DNA of 64,000 nt from Myxococcota bacterium (GTDB lineage Bacteria > Myxococcota_A > UBA9042 > PHBI01 > JAWLBL01), in assembly GCA_041687695.1 (NCBI GenBank), contig JAWLBL010000009.1, positions 139,634-203,633 on the forward strand, read 5' to 3'. Shown one piece after another: positions 37,154-46,483 of this stretch. Within the stretch, counting starts at the first letter, position 1; each line of letters begins with the position of its first letter. The translations under genes and the position numbers were made by a program. The notes below the pieces were generated by a model. That model saw only the letters and a list, made by a program, of their open reading frames with translations. It searched no databases and was not told where the DNA came from.

Positions 37154-37951
37154 ATGCTCCTGCACACCATGCGCCGCTGGCTCGCGGCGAACAGCGCTCC
37201 GCAGATCGTGACCGTCGACGCCGCCCCGGGCCTGCCCACGGGCAAGGGCATGTTCATGTCGGGCCTGGCCGCCTGCGGCAAGCCGGCCGATGTCGCCCGG
37301 CGCATCCGCCAGTCGGGCCTGACGTGGGTCGCCATCCTGGGCCCGTTCACGCGCGGCGGCCGGACGATCGAGTACTGGAACACGAAGGGCGCCGAGCCGT
37401 ACCTCCGCGCCATCCGCGAGACGGGCGCCCGCATCTGGGTCTGGGGCTGGCCGGCGCCCGCGACCCAGGTCGCCGTCATGCGCGAGCTCGCGCGCCTGGC
37501 GGACGCCTGGCAGGTCGACGGCATCATCCTCGACGTCGAGCACGACTACTACGGCCAGTCCGCCGCGGCGCGGCGCCTGATGGACGCGGCGCTCGCGACC
37601 GGCCACATCATCATGGTCACCAGCTACGGCGCCCCGTGGAATCACAGCCGCCTGCCCTGGCACGACCTGAACCGCGCCCACGCGGGCATCCCCCAGGCGT
37701 ACGGCAACGACGACCGCTTGGGCCTCGACTACCCCGCCAAGTCCGTCGCCGCCTGGCGCGAGAAGGGCTTCACGGTCGTCATCCCCGCCTTCCCGGGCTA
37801 CGGCAAGAAGGCCCAGGGCCGGCTCGCCGAGTGGCTCGGCGTCTTCCCCGCCGCGCAGGCCTTCATCGGCTGGCAGTGGCGCCACGTCGACCCACGCGAG
37901 TGGGAGATCATCGCGGCCTGGTCGCCGCCCAGCTCGGAGGCCTCCGCGTGA
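37154..37951 (+). CDS. Putative endolysin (TIM-barrel glycoside hydrolase-like)
   Basis: IWVWGW, GIILDVE, PQAY motifs; first gene before a run of small membrane proteins. Confidence 0.6.
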   Translation: MLLHTMRRWLAANSAPQIVTVDAAPGLPTGKGMFMSGLAACGKPADVARRIRQSGLTWVAILGPFTRGGRTIEYWNTKGAEPYLRAIRETGARIWVWGWPAPATQVAVMRELARLADAWQVDGIILDVEHDYYGQSAAARRLMDAALATGHIIMVTSYGAPWNHSRLPWHDLNRAHAGIPQAYGNDDRLGLDYPAKSVAAWREKGFTVVIPAFPGYGKKAQGRLAEWLGVFPAAQAFIGWQWRHVDPREWEIIAAWSPPSSEASA

Positions 37952-38199
37952 AGTACATCACCCTGACCCTTGCCGGCGCCGGCGCCGGGCAGCTCGGCGG
38001 CGACACGCTGGCGATCATCGTCGCGGTCGCCGGCGGCGTCTGGCTCCTGTCCTCGCACCTGGGTGCCATTCGCGCCGACCTTCGCGCCTTGGTGCAGCGG
38101 GCGAACCACCAGGACGCCATCAACGAGCGCGTCGACCGGCGCCTCGAGGCGCACAGCGAGCGGCTCGACGAGCTGGAGCGCCAGCAGAGGGTCGCATGA
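37948..38199 (+). CDS. Small TM plus coiled-coil lysis-cassette protein
   Basis: GTGA-coupled; LAIIVAVAGGVWLL followed by a heptad-rich tail. Confidence 0.55.
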   Translation: MKYITLTLAGAGAGQLGGDTLAIIVAVAGGVWLLSSHLGAIRADLRALVQRANHQDAINERVDRRLEAHSERLDELERQQRVA

Positions 38200-38558
38200 G
38201 CGCCGGAGACCTCGCCCTCCTGATCATCCTCGGCGGCGCCGTCGTCGCCCTCGCCGTCGGCGCCCTGACCGACGTCGCCAAGCGCGCCTGGCGGGCGTAC
38301 CGGGTGTCGCACATGATCCCCGAGCCCTGGTGGGAGGACGTCGCCCTCCGGAGCTACTCGGTCGCCGTGGGCGCCAGCCTCGGCTGGGGCCTCGGCGTCT
38401 GGCAGGAGGCGCCCCTCGCCGGCGCCGTCGTCGGCCTGGCCGCCGGCAGCTGGACGACCATCACCTACGCCCGCCTCGCGGCCCGCCGCGCCGCGGCCGC
38501 CGCCGGCGGCCACGCCCTCGACCAGGCGGCCGGCCCCGCCCCGGACCACGAGCCATGA
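38196..38558 (+). CDS. Holin-like membrane protein
   Basis: 120 aa, about 3 hydrophobic segments, in the lysis cassette. Confidence 0.6.
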   Translation: MSAGDLALLIILGGAVVALAVGALTDVAKRAWRAYRVSHMIPEPWWEDVALRSYSVAVGASLGWGLGVWQEAPLAGAVVGLAAGSWTTITYARLAARRAAAAAGGHALDQAAGPAPDHEP

Positions 38559-38917
38559 CCTGGCTCCGCGAGACCTGGGCCCGGATCCGCCCCTGGCTCG
38601 CCCTCGCCGCCGTCGTGTCCGCCCTGGTCGTCGGCATCCTCCTCGGCCGCCGCGGCCGCACCGCGCTCCTCGAGCGGGCCCGCCGCGCCCAGTCCGAGGC
38701 CGCGGCAGCCTGGGCCGAGGTCGCCGCAGAGCGGGCCCGGCGACGGCGCCAGGCAGCGCTCGAGCGCGAGCGCCTCGACGCGCGCGACGACCACGCCGCC
38801 GAGCTCGCCGTCGCGCGCGACGACGCCGACGCGGCGCGCGCCGAGATCCACGATGCGGCCGCCCGCCCCGGCGGCCTCGCCGATCGCGTCAACAAGGCCT
38901 TCGGCCTCGAGGAGTAG
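38555..38917 (+). CDS. Inner-membrane spanin-like protein
   Basis: N-terminal TM (WLALAAVVSALVVGILLG) followed by an Ala/Arg coiled coil. Confidence 0.55.
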   Translation: MTWLRETWARIRPWLALAAVVSALVVGILLGRRGRTALLERARRAQSEAAAAWAEVAAERARRRRQAALERERLDARDDHAAELAVARDDADAARAEIHDAAARPGGLADRVNKAFGLEE

Positions 38918-38920
38918 CCG

Positions 38921-39307
38921 GTGCGTCTCGCCCTCGCCGCCCTGGCCCTGCACGTCGCCGCGGCGCCCGCGGCCGCCGCCCCCTGCGAGCGCGCCCACGA
39001 GCCCGCCGCCGGCGACGTCGTCCCCTGCGACGGCGTCCTGCTCCCTGCGTCCGTCGTCGTCGAGCTGCTCGACGCGCGCGAGGCCCAGCTGCCCCGCTGC
39101 CGCCGCGAGCTGGCCGCCGAGCGCGTCCTCCGCACCCGCGAGGTCACCGCCCTCGAGGCCCAGCTCGAGCTCGAGCGCGATCGGCCGCCGGTCGTCCTCG
39201 AGGTCACCGCGCCGGCGCCGTCGACCTGGTCGAGCCCGACCGTCTGGATCGTCGGCGGGGTCGCCTTGATCGCCGGCGTTGTCGGTGGGGCGCTGGCCGC
39301 GCGGTAG
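38921..39307 (+). CDS. Exported protein with C-terminal TM (possible spanin partner)
   Basis: Signal-like N-terminus, three Cys, coiled coil, hydrophobic C-terminus. Confidence 0.5.
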   Translation: MRLALAALALHVAAAPAAAAPCERAHEPAAGDVVPCDGVLLPASVVVELLDAREAQLPRCRRELAAERVLRTREVTALEAQLELERDRPPVVLEVTAPAPSTWSSPTVWIVGGVALIAGVVGGALAAR

Positions 39308-39427
39308 CCGCGAAGAGCCTGGAACTACGCCGCACCTCGTTGCGTTGTAGCATTCGCTACAGGCGGTGTTGTAACGCACGATCCGTCATGCAAGGATCGT
39401 GCGGCCTGAGGGCATGGAGGTGAGGCT

Positions 39428-39928
39428 GTGGCGTTGGTGGTCCAGGGTACCCACTGGTGGGACCTGAAGAGGGAGTACTTGTCCCCGGAGGACTTGCTCA
39501 ACCGCTTTGGACTCGTCCGTCCACCCATCGACGTCCACCTGCTTGCTCGCATGATGGACGTCGAGATTCGTCCTGAGTGGGACCCCTCTGTCTCGGGTCG
39601 GGTGAAGGTTGATGGAGCTGACGCCTACATCACGGAAACGCTTTCGGAGCCCATCTTCCGACGCCGGTTCACGATCGCGCACGAGCTCGGGCACCTGATG
39701 CTGCACCACATCCATGAGCTGCAAGAGGGGAAGTTCCGGGACACGAACTTCGAGGGCGACATCAAGGAAGCCCAGGCCAATGGCTACGCCGCAGGCCTGC
39801 TGATGCCGCTTTGGATGGTGGCCGAGTACGGGAAGCGTGTCGGCTTTCAACCTGACCTCGTTGCTCAGATCTTCGGCGTCTCACGACAGGCGGCGGCGAT
39901 CCGGCTACAGAAGGTCGCTGGAGTCTGA
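39428..39928 (+). CDS. Second ImmA/IrrE-family metallopeptidase
   Basis: PPIDV, RRRFTIAHELGHLMLH, EAQANGYAAGLLMP, FGVSRQAAAIRL. Confidence 0.9.
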   Translation: MALVVQGTHWWDLKREYLSPEDLLNRFGLVRPPIDVHLLARMMDVEIRPEWDPSVSGRVKVDGADAYITETLSEPIFRRRFTIAHELGHLMLHHIHELQEGKFRDTNFEGDIKEAQANGYAAGLLMPLWMVAEYGKRVGFQPDLVAQIFGVSRQAAAIRLQKVAGV

Positions 39929-40485
39929 TGAGCACGAAACGCGAGACGCCCGAAGCTAGGACCAACGAAGATCTCCCCCTCGACGATTTCGCCCTGGTCA
40001 TCGATGATGCCGGGAAGATCGTTAATCCGAGCGGAGGAGCAAAGGGTCCCACGGGAGGCAGCCCTCCGCCCCCGAAACGCCCTGCCCAACAAGCCGCTGA
40101 CGGGGTTGCGGCTGCTACCTCGGGTCGGCAGACTGCGGCATGGTGGGTGGCTGCTGCGGGTGCTGGCATGGTCATCACCGTGGCCCTCTTCGCCTTACAC
40201 TCCCTGCCCGACCTGCCCGAGTGGGAGGACGTGAAGGGTGCCACGGCTGACCAAGGGCCGGGATGGTATCTGGTTGCTCTTGTATCGGCTCGAGCTGTAA
40301 TCGTCAGCGCGGTAGTTGGATTCGGCTTCGGCCTGGTCCGGATGGGCGAGCGTCTGGCGCTGCCCCTCCACTTGGCTCACAGGGCGCGTGACCTCCTGGG
40401 TATGGGAACGCCGCACAAGGAAGCAGTGGCACTGCTTCGAGAGATCAAGGCGCTCGTCAAGGAAGATGAGGACGGCAAGAGCTAG
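39928..40485 (+). CDS. Two-TM membrane protein (moron)
   Basis: TGATG overlap with the ImmA gene; two hydrophobic segments; lower GC. Confidence 0.7.
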   Translation: MSTKRETPEARTNEDLPLDDFALVIDDAGKIVNPSGGAKGPTGGSPPPPKRPAQQAADGVAAATSGRQTAAWWVAAAGAGMVITVALFALHSLPDLPEWEDVKGATADQGPGWYLVALVSARAVIVSAVVGFGFGLVRMGERLALPLHLAHRARDLLGMGTPHKEAVALLREIKALVKEDEDGKS

Positions 40486-40685
40486 GCCGCCCTCCAACTC
40501 CACGCGAACGCCGCCCTCCCAACCGCCACCCTCGTCGGCCTGAGCACCCGCCCCAAGTAGATCATCGCCGCCGGCGCCCCCTCGCGATGTTCTGGGCAGA
40601 GGCAGGGGAAGGCCGTGTGCGCGAGGCACCCTGTCAGGTCCACGGGCTCGAGGTGCAGGGTCTGATCGACGTCGTGTGTCCGCAT
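40482..40685 (-). CDS. Small hypothetical protein
   Basis: 67-aa ORF MRTHDVDQ...; weak support. Confidence 0.35.
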   Translation of the reverse strand: MRTHDVDQTLHLEPVDLTGCLAHTAFPCLCPEHREGAPAAMIYLGRVLRPTRVAVGRAAFAWSWRAA

Positions 40686-40966
40686 GGGTCGCTCCGGTGT
40701 CGAGACCGGCGCCGCGCCGGGCCTCTTAAGAGAAGTCGGGCGATCGGCGCGATCTGTTGCGGACTTTCTGCGGCGGCGCCGACGATTGGGCGCAACGCAA
40801 CGAGATTGTTGCACAACGACACTGTCGCGCGGCGCGGTCATGTGGCGCGTCACCCAGGCGTACGCAACGATCTCCAGCACTTCACCGTCCTTGGGTGACA
40901 CGCTCGTTCGCTCCATCCATCGTCAGGGCCGCACAGCCTGCGGCCCATCGAGAAACCGGAGCAACG

Positions 40967-41013
40967 GATTCGTAATCAGCAGGTCCGCGGTTCAAGTCCG
41001 CGTGTCGGCTCCA
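40967..41013 (+). pseudogene. tRNA-Thr(CGT) 3' fragment, probable prophage att site
   Basis: TTCGTAA anticodon loop, T-arm CGCGG-TTCAAGT-CCGCG, acceptor 3' strand ending CCA; no matching 5' half. Confidence 0.85.
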
Positions 41014-41014
41014 A

Positions 41015-41042
41015 GAAAGCCCCTGGGAAACCGGGGGCTTTC
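41015..41042 (+). terminator. Hairpin after the tRNA fragment
   Basis: AAAGCCCC-TGGGAAACC-GGGGCTTT stem-loop. Confidence 0.5.
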
Positions 41043-41138
41043 GTGTTTCGAAGGCACGGCCAACACGCCTGAAGCAGCGCGGTACCCGCTCTGGTACCCA
41101 CGCCGGTTGCCGCGTGGGCTGACGCGTCGAGCGCGGCC

Positions 41139-41408
41139 GGTCAGGGGGCGCGGCGGACGCGGGAGAGGCCGACCTCGACGGGGTCGCGGTCGTAGGTGAG
41201 GCCGCTGCGGCTGGGCACGGCGGGGAGCGCGGTGCGGGCGAGGGGGGTCAGGGGGAGCTGGGCCTCGGCGGCGTCGCAGAGGGGGCGGCCTTCGGGGCTG
41301 CTGCAGAGCGAGCTGCGGACGTAGACGACGCAGCGCTCGCCGGCGAGATCGGCGGGGGTCCAGTCGCCGGGGAGGCGGACGACGCCGGCCAGCTCGCGGC
41401 GAGCGCCG
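41139..41408 (-). repeat. Direct repeat copy 1: orphan 3' end of the membrane protein gene at 56409-58451
   Basis: About 270 bp, with roughly 12 mismatches (manual count) against 56407-56676. Confidence 0.92.
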
Positions 41409-41708
41409 TCCCGACACGGACGTAGATGGCCGAGAAATAAGCGACACGACCCGGGAATCGACCCGGCACAGGGCCGCAGCACAAGGCCGGTGTAGGGTAG
41501 GTCATCTCCCGATCGTCACGCGTACGCCCGTCTCCGCGCTCGCTGCCTGAGCGCCCTGGTGTTCGAAACGCGTTCCGGGATCCGAGCCGCGGCAGGTCGT
41601 CGCGGCGTCTCCACCCCGAATGTCGGCGCCACTCTCTTGGCGACGCAGCGGCCATCGTCCGCTCTGCGTGGCCCCACCGGAGGGCGTCGATGTCTTGGAG
41701 GTCAACCC

Positions 41709-44582
41709 ATGCGTCCTGCCCTCTCCCTTGGACTCGCGGCGAGTCTCGCCGCGGCCCTCGGCCTGGTCGCTTGTACCGGCGGGCCCAACGGTCCCGCGGA
41801 ACCTGGCCCAGGTCACACCTCTACTGGACTCGCCTTGTCGGCGCATGCCGACGGCGCCGTGGGCTTCCACTACGTCGTGACGCGCGTCGCCTGCAACGGC
41901 GAGTCGCTGGATCCCGCCGACGCCGTCACCCACGAGGCGACCGAGCCGTTCCTGCCCTTCGAGTTCCAGGGCGACCCGATGAACCCGGCGGCGAACCACG
42001 CGTTCGCAGACCACTTCTTCACACTTCCCGCTGGATGCTACGACGTGTCCGCGACGCCGATCGACGCGGCCGGTGAACCGATGAGCGGGTGCGAGCCGGC
42101 ACGCGCCGCAGGGGTCGAGGTCGCAGATGCCGAGACCACGGAGATCCTGCTGATCAGTCACTGCGAGAGCGATCCGGTCGGAGGGCTCGATGGGATCGCG
42201 GCGCTCAACCACCCGCCGACGCTCACGCTCCTTGAATTCAACCCTTCCAAGTTCAACACGATCTGCGCCGATACCAAGGTCTGCGCGATCGTCACGGACA
42301 TCGACGACGACAAGATCCGGCTCGTGTGGCAGGTCACAAAGGGTGAGCTGTCGGGCGGTCCGACCGTCGTGAGCTCCGTCCAGCACGGCGGCAGCCTCAC
42401 CGAGTGCGTCGCTGTGGGCTCGGAGGTCGCGGGCGCGTTCGAAATCACCGTCTGGGCCTACGACCAGCGATACGACAACGAGGTGTGGATCGACTGGGAG
42501 GCTTGGTTTGCCTCCGAAGGCCACAACATCCTCTCCCATGATTCACTTTCGTTCCCGCTCTACTTCATGGGCGAGGATTGCTATCCCGGGGGAGGCTCTG
42601 ACCTGGACAAACCGGACGTGAGCCCGCCCTACGGGGACGTCCCACATGGCAAGGACACCGAATCGGATGGCCACGATGTCGGCCCATGCGATGCGAAGGT
42701 CGACGGACTCGATTGCTTCTGCGTGGGCGAAAGAGGCCCCGAAGGCCCCATGGGCCCCCGCGGACCGAAGGGGAAGATGGGTCCCCAGGGCCCCGAAGGT
42801 CCTGAGGGTCCCGAAGGCCCGGCAGGTCCCGAGGGGCCTGAGGGGCCGGTGGGTCCCGAGGGGCCGATGGGTCCCGAGGGGCCGATGGGTCCCGAGGGGC
42901 CGATGGGTCCCGAGGGGCCGATGGGTCCCGAGGGGCCGATGGGTCCCGAGGGCCCGATGGGTCCCGAGGGCCCGATGGGTCCCGAGGGCCCGATGGGTCC
43001 CGAGGGGCCGATGGGTCCCGAGGGGCCGATGGGTCCCGAGGGGCCGATGGGTCCCGAGGGCCCGATGGGTCCCGAGGGCCCGATGGGTCCCGAGGGCCCG
43101 ATGGGCCCCGCGGGTCCGACCGGCGCGACGGGCCCGGCTGGACCTGCCGGTCCCGAGGGCCCGATGGGCCCCGCGGGGCCGACCGGCGCGACGGGCCCGG
43201 CTGGACCTGCCGGCCCCGAGGGGCCGATCGGCCCCGCTGGTCCCGAGGGGCCGATCGGCCCTGCTGGTCCCGAGGGGCCGATGGGCCCCGCTGGTCCCGA
43301 GGGGCCGATGGGCCCCGCTGGCCCCGAGGGCCCGATGGGCCCTGCTGGTCCCGAGGGGCCGATGGGCCCCGCGGGTCCCGAGGGCCCGATGGGCCCCGCG
43401 GGTCCCGAGGGCCCGATGGGCCCCGCGGGTCCCGAGGGCCCGATGGGCCCCGCGGGTCCGACCGGCGCGACGGGCCCCGCTGGACCTGCCGGCCCCGAGG
43501 GACCGATGGGCCCCGCTGGTCCTGAGGGCCCGACGGGCCCCGCTGGACCTGCCGGTCCCGAGGGGCCGACGGGCCCCGCTGGTCCCGAGGGGCCGACGGG
43601 CCCCGCTGGTCCCGAGGGGCCGACGGGCCCCGCTGGTCCGACCGGCGCGACGGGCCCGGCTGGACCTGCCGGCCCCGAGGGACCGATGGGCCCCGCTGGT
43701 CCCGAGGGGCCGGTGGGCCCCGCAGGCCCGACCGGCGCGACGGGCCCGGCTGGACCTGCCGGCCCCGAGGGCCCGATGGGCCCGATGGGCCCCGCGGGTC
43801 CCGAGGGCCCGATGGGCCCCGCGGGTCCGACCGGCGCGACGGGCCCGGCTGGACCTGCCGGCCCCGAGGGCCCGATGGGTCCCGCGGGCCCCGAGGGGCC
43901 GATGGGCCCCGCTGGACCTGCCGGTCCCGAAGGCCCGATGGGCCCCGCTGGTCCCGAAGGGCCGACGGGCCCCGCAGGCGCGGATGGAGAGTCCGTCGTG
44001 GGCTTCTCCGAGGGACCGGGCTCAAACTGCACCTATGGCGGCGTCGCGTACACCGTAGGCGGCCAGACCGACTACGTGTGCAATGGCGAGCCGGGCCCTG
44101 AGGGCCCCGCGGGTCCGACCGGGCCCGAAGGCCCGCAGGGCCCTGCCGGTGGCATCATGACGTTCGGCTATTTCTATGCATTGATGCCGCCCGATAACGC
44201 CGCGACGGTCGCCGTGGGAGCTCCAGTCGACTTCCCACAGGACGGCGTCACGAACGGCATCGCGCGGACCGGTCCGAACACATTCGAGCTTCCGAACATC
44301 GGCGTCTACGAAGTGTTCTGGCAGGTGAGCATCAGCGAGGCTGGGCAGCTCGTCCTGGCGCTCGACTCGGGTGCCGGGCCGGTGGACGTGGCCAGCACCG
44401 TGGCGGGACGGGCGACGGGCACATCACAGATCGTCAACAACGTGCTCGTCCAGACGACCGTAGAGAGCACGATCCTGACGATCCGCAACCCGGCGGGGAA
44501 CGCCGCGGCGCTCACGGTGACACCACTCGCCGGAGGCACCCGTCCCGTCTCGGCGACGTTGGTCATCAAACAGATCCAGTAG
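41709..44582 (+). CDS. Collagen-like lipoprotein with C-terminal BclA/C1q-like beta domain
   Basis: GGAGG RBS, lipobox LVAC, about 140 Gly-X-Y triplets (42726-43994), C-terminal ..[23 protein letters not shown]. Confidence 0.88.
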   Translation: MRPALSLGLAASLAAALGLVACTGGPNGPAEPGPGHTSTGLALSAHADGAVGFHYVVTRVACNGESLDPADAVTHEATEPFLPFEFQGDPMNPAANHAFADHFFTLPAGCYDVSATPIDAAGEPMSGCEPARAAGVEVADAETTEILLISHCESDPVGGLDGIAALNHPPTLTLLEFNPSKFNTICADTKVCAIVTDIDDDKIRLVWQVTKGELSGGPTVVSSVQHGGSLTECVAVGSEVAGAFEITVWAYDQRYDNEVWIDWEAWFASEGHNILSHDSLSFPLYFMGEDCYPGGGSDLDKPDVSPPYGDVPHGKDTESDGHDVGPCDAKVDGLDCFCVGERGPEGPMGPRGPKGKMGPQGPEGPEGPEGPAGPEGPEGPVGPEGPMGPEGPMGPEGPMGPEGPMGPEGPMGPEGPMGPEGPMGPEGPMGPEGPMGPEGPMGPEGPMGPEGPMGPEGPMGPEGPMGPAGPTGATGPAGPAGPEGPMGPAGPTGATGPAGPAGPEGPIGPAGPEGPIGPAGPEGPMGPAGPEGPMGPAGPEGPMGPAGPEGPMGPAGPEGPMGPAGPEGPMGPAGPEGPMGPAGPTGATGPAGPAGPEGPMGPAGPEGPTGPAGPAGPEGPTGPAGPEGPTGPAGPEGPTGPAGPTGATGPAGPAGPEGPMGPAGPEGPVGPAGPTGATGPAGPAGPEGPMGPMGPAGPEGPMGPAGPTGATGPAGPAGPEGPMGPAGPEGPMGPAGPAGPEGPMGPAGPEGPTGPAGADGESVVGFSEGPGSNCTYGGVAYTVGGQTDYVCNGEPGPEGPAGPTGPEGPQGPAGGIMTFGYFYALMPPDNAATVAVGAPVDFPQDGVTNGIARTGPNTFELPNIGVYEVFWQVSISEAGQLVLALDSGAGPVDVASTVAGRATGTSQIVNNVLVQTTVESTILTIRNPAGNAAALTVTPLAGGTRPVSATLVIKQIQ

Positions 44583-44612
44583 ATCGATCTCCGATCTTCG
44601 GGACTGTGTCCT

Positions 44613-44650
44613 CAAGGGCGAGCCGGCGGCGCACCGTCGGCTCGCCCTTG
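44613..44650. terminator. Strong hairpin between convergent genes
   Basis: CAAGGGCGAGCCGGCGG-CGCA-CCGTCGGCTCGCCCTTG. Confidence 0.65.
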
Positions 44651-44860
44651 GCGTTCGAGCCGCGAGCAACCACGGACCGGCCTATGGTCTGAAGGTCGAC
44701 GGCGCCGCGTTCTCCGCGTGGCGTGCCGCGTGTTGTTGCACGACGGGCGGAGCCCGGTCAGCGGGCGGGGCGAACGCGCGGGAGGCTGGCCTCGACGGGC
44801 CGCGGTCGGAGGTCGGCCCCGTCCGCGGACCCCGTATTCGGGATCCGCGGACGTGCGCTC

Positions 44861-45649
44861 TCAGGCGTCGACCGGCTCGGCCGGCGCGGGCGCGGCCGGG
44901 GTCTCGGTGACCGCCTCGGACTCGGCGGGCGCAGCCTCGTCGCCGCTGGCCTTGCGGACCGTCGGACGCAGGCGCTCGGCGAGATCGTCGCGGCGTGCGA
45001 TGCGGAAGCCCTCGGACAAGACGTTGGCCGCGTACTGGTAGGCGCGGCGCCAGTCCTCCATCGCCCGGTCGCGCGCGCCCATGGCCTCCTGCGACTCGCG
45101 GTGCTCGCGGTCGACCTCGTCGATCGCCTCGGCGAGCGGCTCGCGGACCGCGGTCAGCTCGGCGACGACGAAGGCGGTGTCCAGCTTGCCGACGCCCCGC
45201 CGCTCGGCGGCGCGGGGGCTGCGCTCCATCAGGTGGATGGCGTTCTCGAGGAAGCCCGCCAGCTTGTCCGCGCTGCGCGGCGTCGCGCCCGCCAGCCCGT
45301 AGCTCGTGACGGCGCCCGCCCCCATGAAGTCCCGCACCAGCCCGCGCATGTCGGCGGTGGCCTCGGCAGCCTTCGCGTACGCCGCGTCGCGCTTCGCCCG
45401 GAAGCCGCCGTCATCCGACTGCTCGGCCGTGTACTTCAGCTCGGCCGCGACGAGCCCCTCGGTGCGCCCGTCGAGCACGTTAGCGGCCGAGGCGAACGTC
45501 GCGCCCGGGTCGGCCGGCGGCGCCACCCCGGCGGCGACACACTCCGAGAGCAGCCCCTCGGCGAGGAGCTCCGCGTGCGTCCTGGCAGCGGCGCTCACCT
45601 GCCGCGCGATGCTGGCCATGTTCTGAACCCGAACCGAGAGCTTGCTCAT
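44861..45649 (-). CDS. Alpha-helical hypothetical protein (262 aa)
   Basis: AGGAGG RBS before MSKLSVRVQ; strong GC3 bias. Confidence 0.8.
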   Translation of the reverse strand: MSKLSVRVQNMASIARQVSAAARTHAELLAEGLLSECVAAGVAPPADPGATFASAANVLDGRTEGLVAAELKYTAEQSDDGGFRAKRDAAYAKAAEATADMRGLVRDFMGAGAVTSYGLAGATPRSADKLAGFLENAIHLMERSPRAAERRGVGKLDTAFVVAELTAVREPLAEAIDEVDREHRESQEAMGARDRAMEDWRRAYQYAANVLSEGFRIARRDDLAERLRPTVRKASGDEAAPAESEAVTETPAAPAPAEPVDA

Positions 45650-45846
45650 GACGACCTCCTGCAACGATGACGACTTGATGCTGCCCCGCAGCGCGGGACC
45701 CCGAGTCCCTCGTGCGTTCCGGCAGCCGACCTCCATGAAACGGTCCCACCAGCGTAGCCCGACCCGTGCCGGGCCTGTCAACCGACCCCGAGACGATCGC
45801 CAGGACACGCAAGGTGAGGCAGTGTCGTCCGCCGCCGCAGGCGGCC

Positions 45847-45976
45847 CCGCGCCGGCCACGCCGGCGCTCTGGACCGCGCCGGCCACGCCGGCGCTCTGGA
45901 CCGCGCCGGCCATGCCGGCGCTATGGACCGCGCCGGCCATGCCGGCGCTATGGACCCCGCCGACCACGCCGGCGCT
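45847..45976. repeat. 27-bp tandem repeat, about 4.8 copies
   Basis: Unit CCGCGCCGGCCAYGCCGGCGCTMTGGA. Confidence 0.9.
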
Positions 45977-45996
45977 TCGCAATCTGCGATGGCCCT

Positions 45997-46387
45997 GAGG
46001 ACGATCGCAGGTGACGCGTTCCGAAACCGAAGGACTCCCCGACCGCTCGCAGGCCTCCTGATTGAAAACCGACGCGCCCCCCGACCGCTCGTAGGGGGCG
46101 TGTCTCCCCAGGGTCACGCCCGCCGAGCGCTCGCAGGTCGGCCTTCTCCAGCGGGACAGCCCTCCCGACCGCTCGCAAGCGGTCCTCGCAACCCGAACGT
46201 CACACCTGCGAGCGCTCGGGACCCGTCTGGTTTCTGCAACAGGCCACCTACGAGCGCTCAGGACCCGTCGCGTTTCTGCGACAGGCCACCTGCGAGCGCT
46301 CGGGACTCGTCTCGCTGCTGCAACAGGCCACCTGCGAGCGCTCGGGACCCGTCTCGCTCTTGCAACAGGCCAACTGCGAGCGCTCGG
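45997..46387. repeat. Phased 42-bp array: 5 direct then 5 inverted copies of a 15-bp core
   Basis: CCGASCGCTCGCAGG at 45997 (degenerate), 46039, 46081, 46123, 46165; reverse complement at 46205, 46247, 46289, 46331, 46373. Confidence 0.88.
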
Positions 46388-46483
46388 ACCGAGCTGGTTC
46401 CCCTCGAGCCGCCCGACCACCTCGGTTGCCGAGTTCCAAACCGCTGGGGTAGAACGCGAGATCCTCGTGCCCAGGAGGTCCTC

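Larger units (their letters stand above)
1..41013. mobile_element. Temperate prophage (lambda-like head, Mu-like contractile tail); left end lies outside the window
   Basis: Continuous phage module order (early/recombination, immunity, replication, packaging, head, tail, lysis) with many ATGA/GTGA overlaps, ending at a tRNA-Thr 3' fragment. Confidence 0.95.

Noticed and set aside
40940..41013. Intact tRNA-Thr gene
   Set aside because: No 5' acceptor strand or D-arm, and the anticodon stem 5' side (ACGGA) does not pair fully with TCAGC
45997..46387. CRISPR array
   Set aside because: The core is only 15 bp, orientation flips midway, spacers in the second half are near-identical, and there are no cas genes
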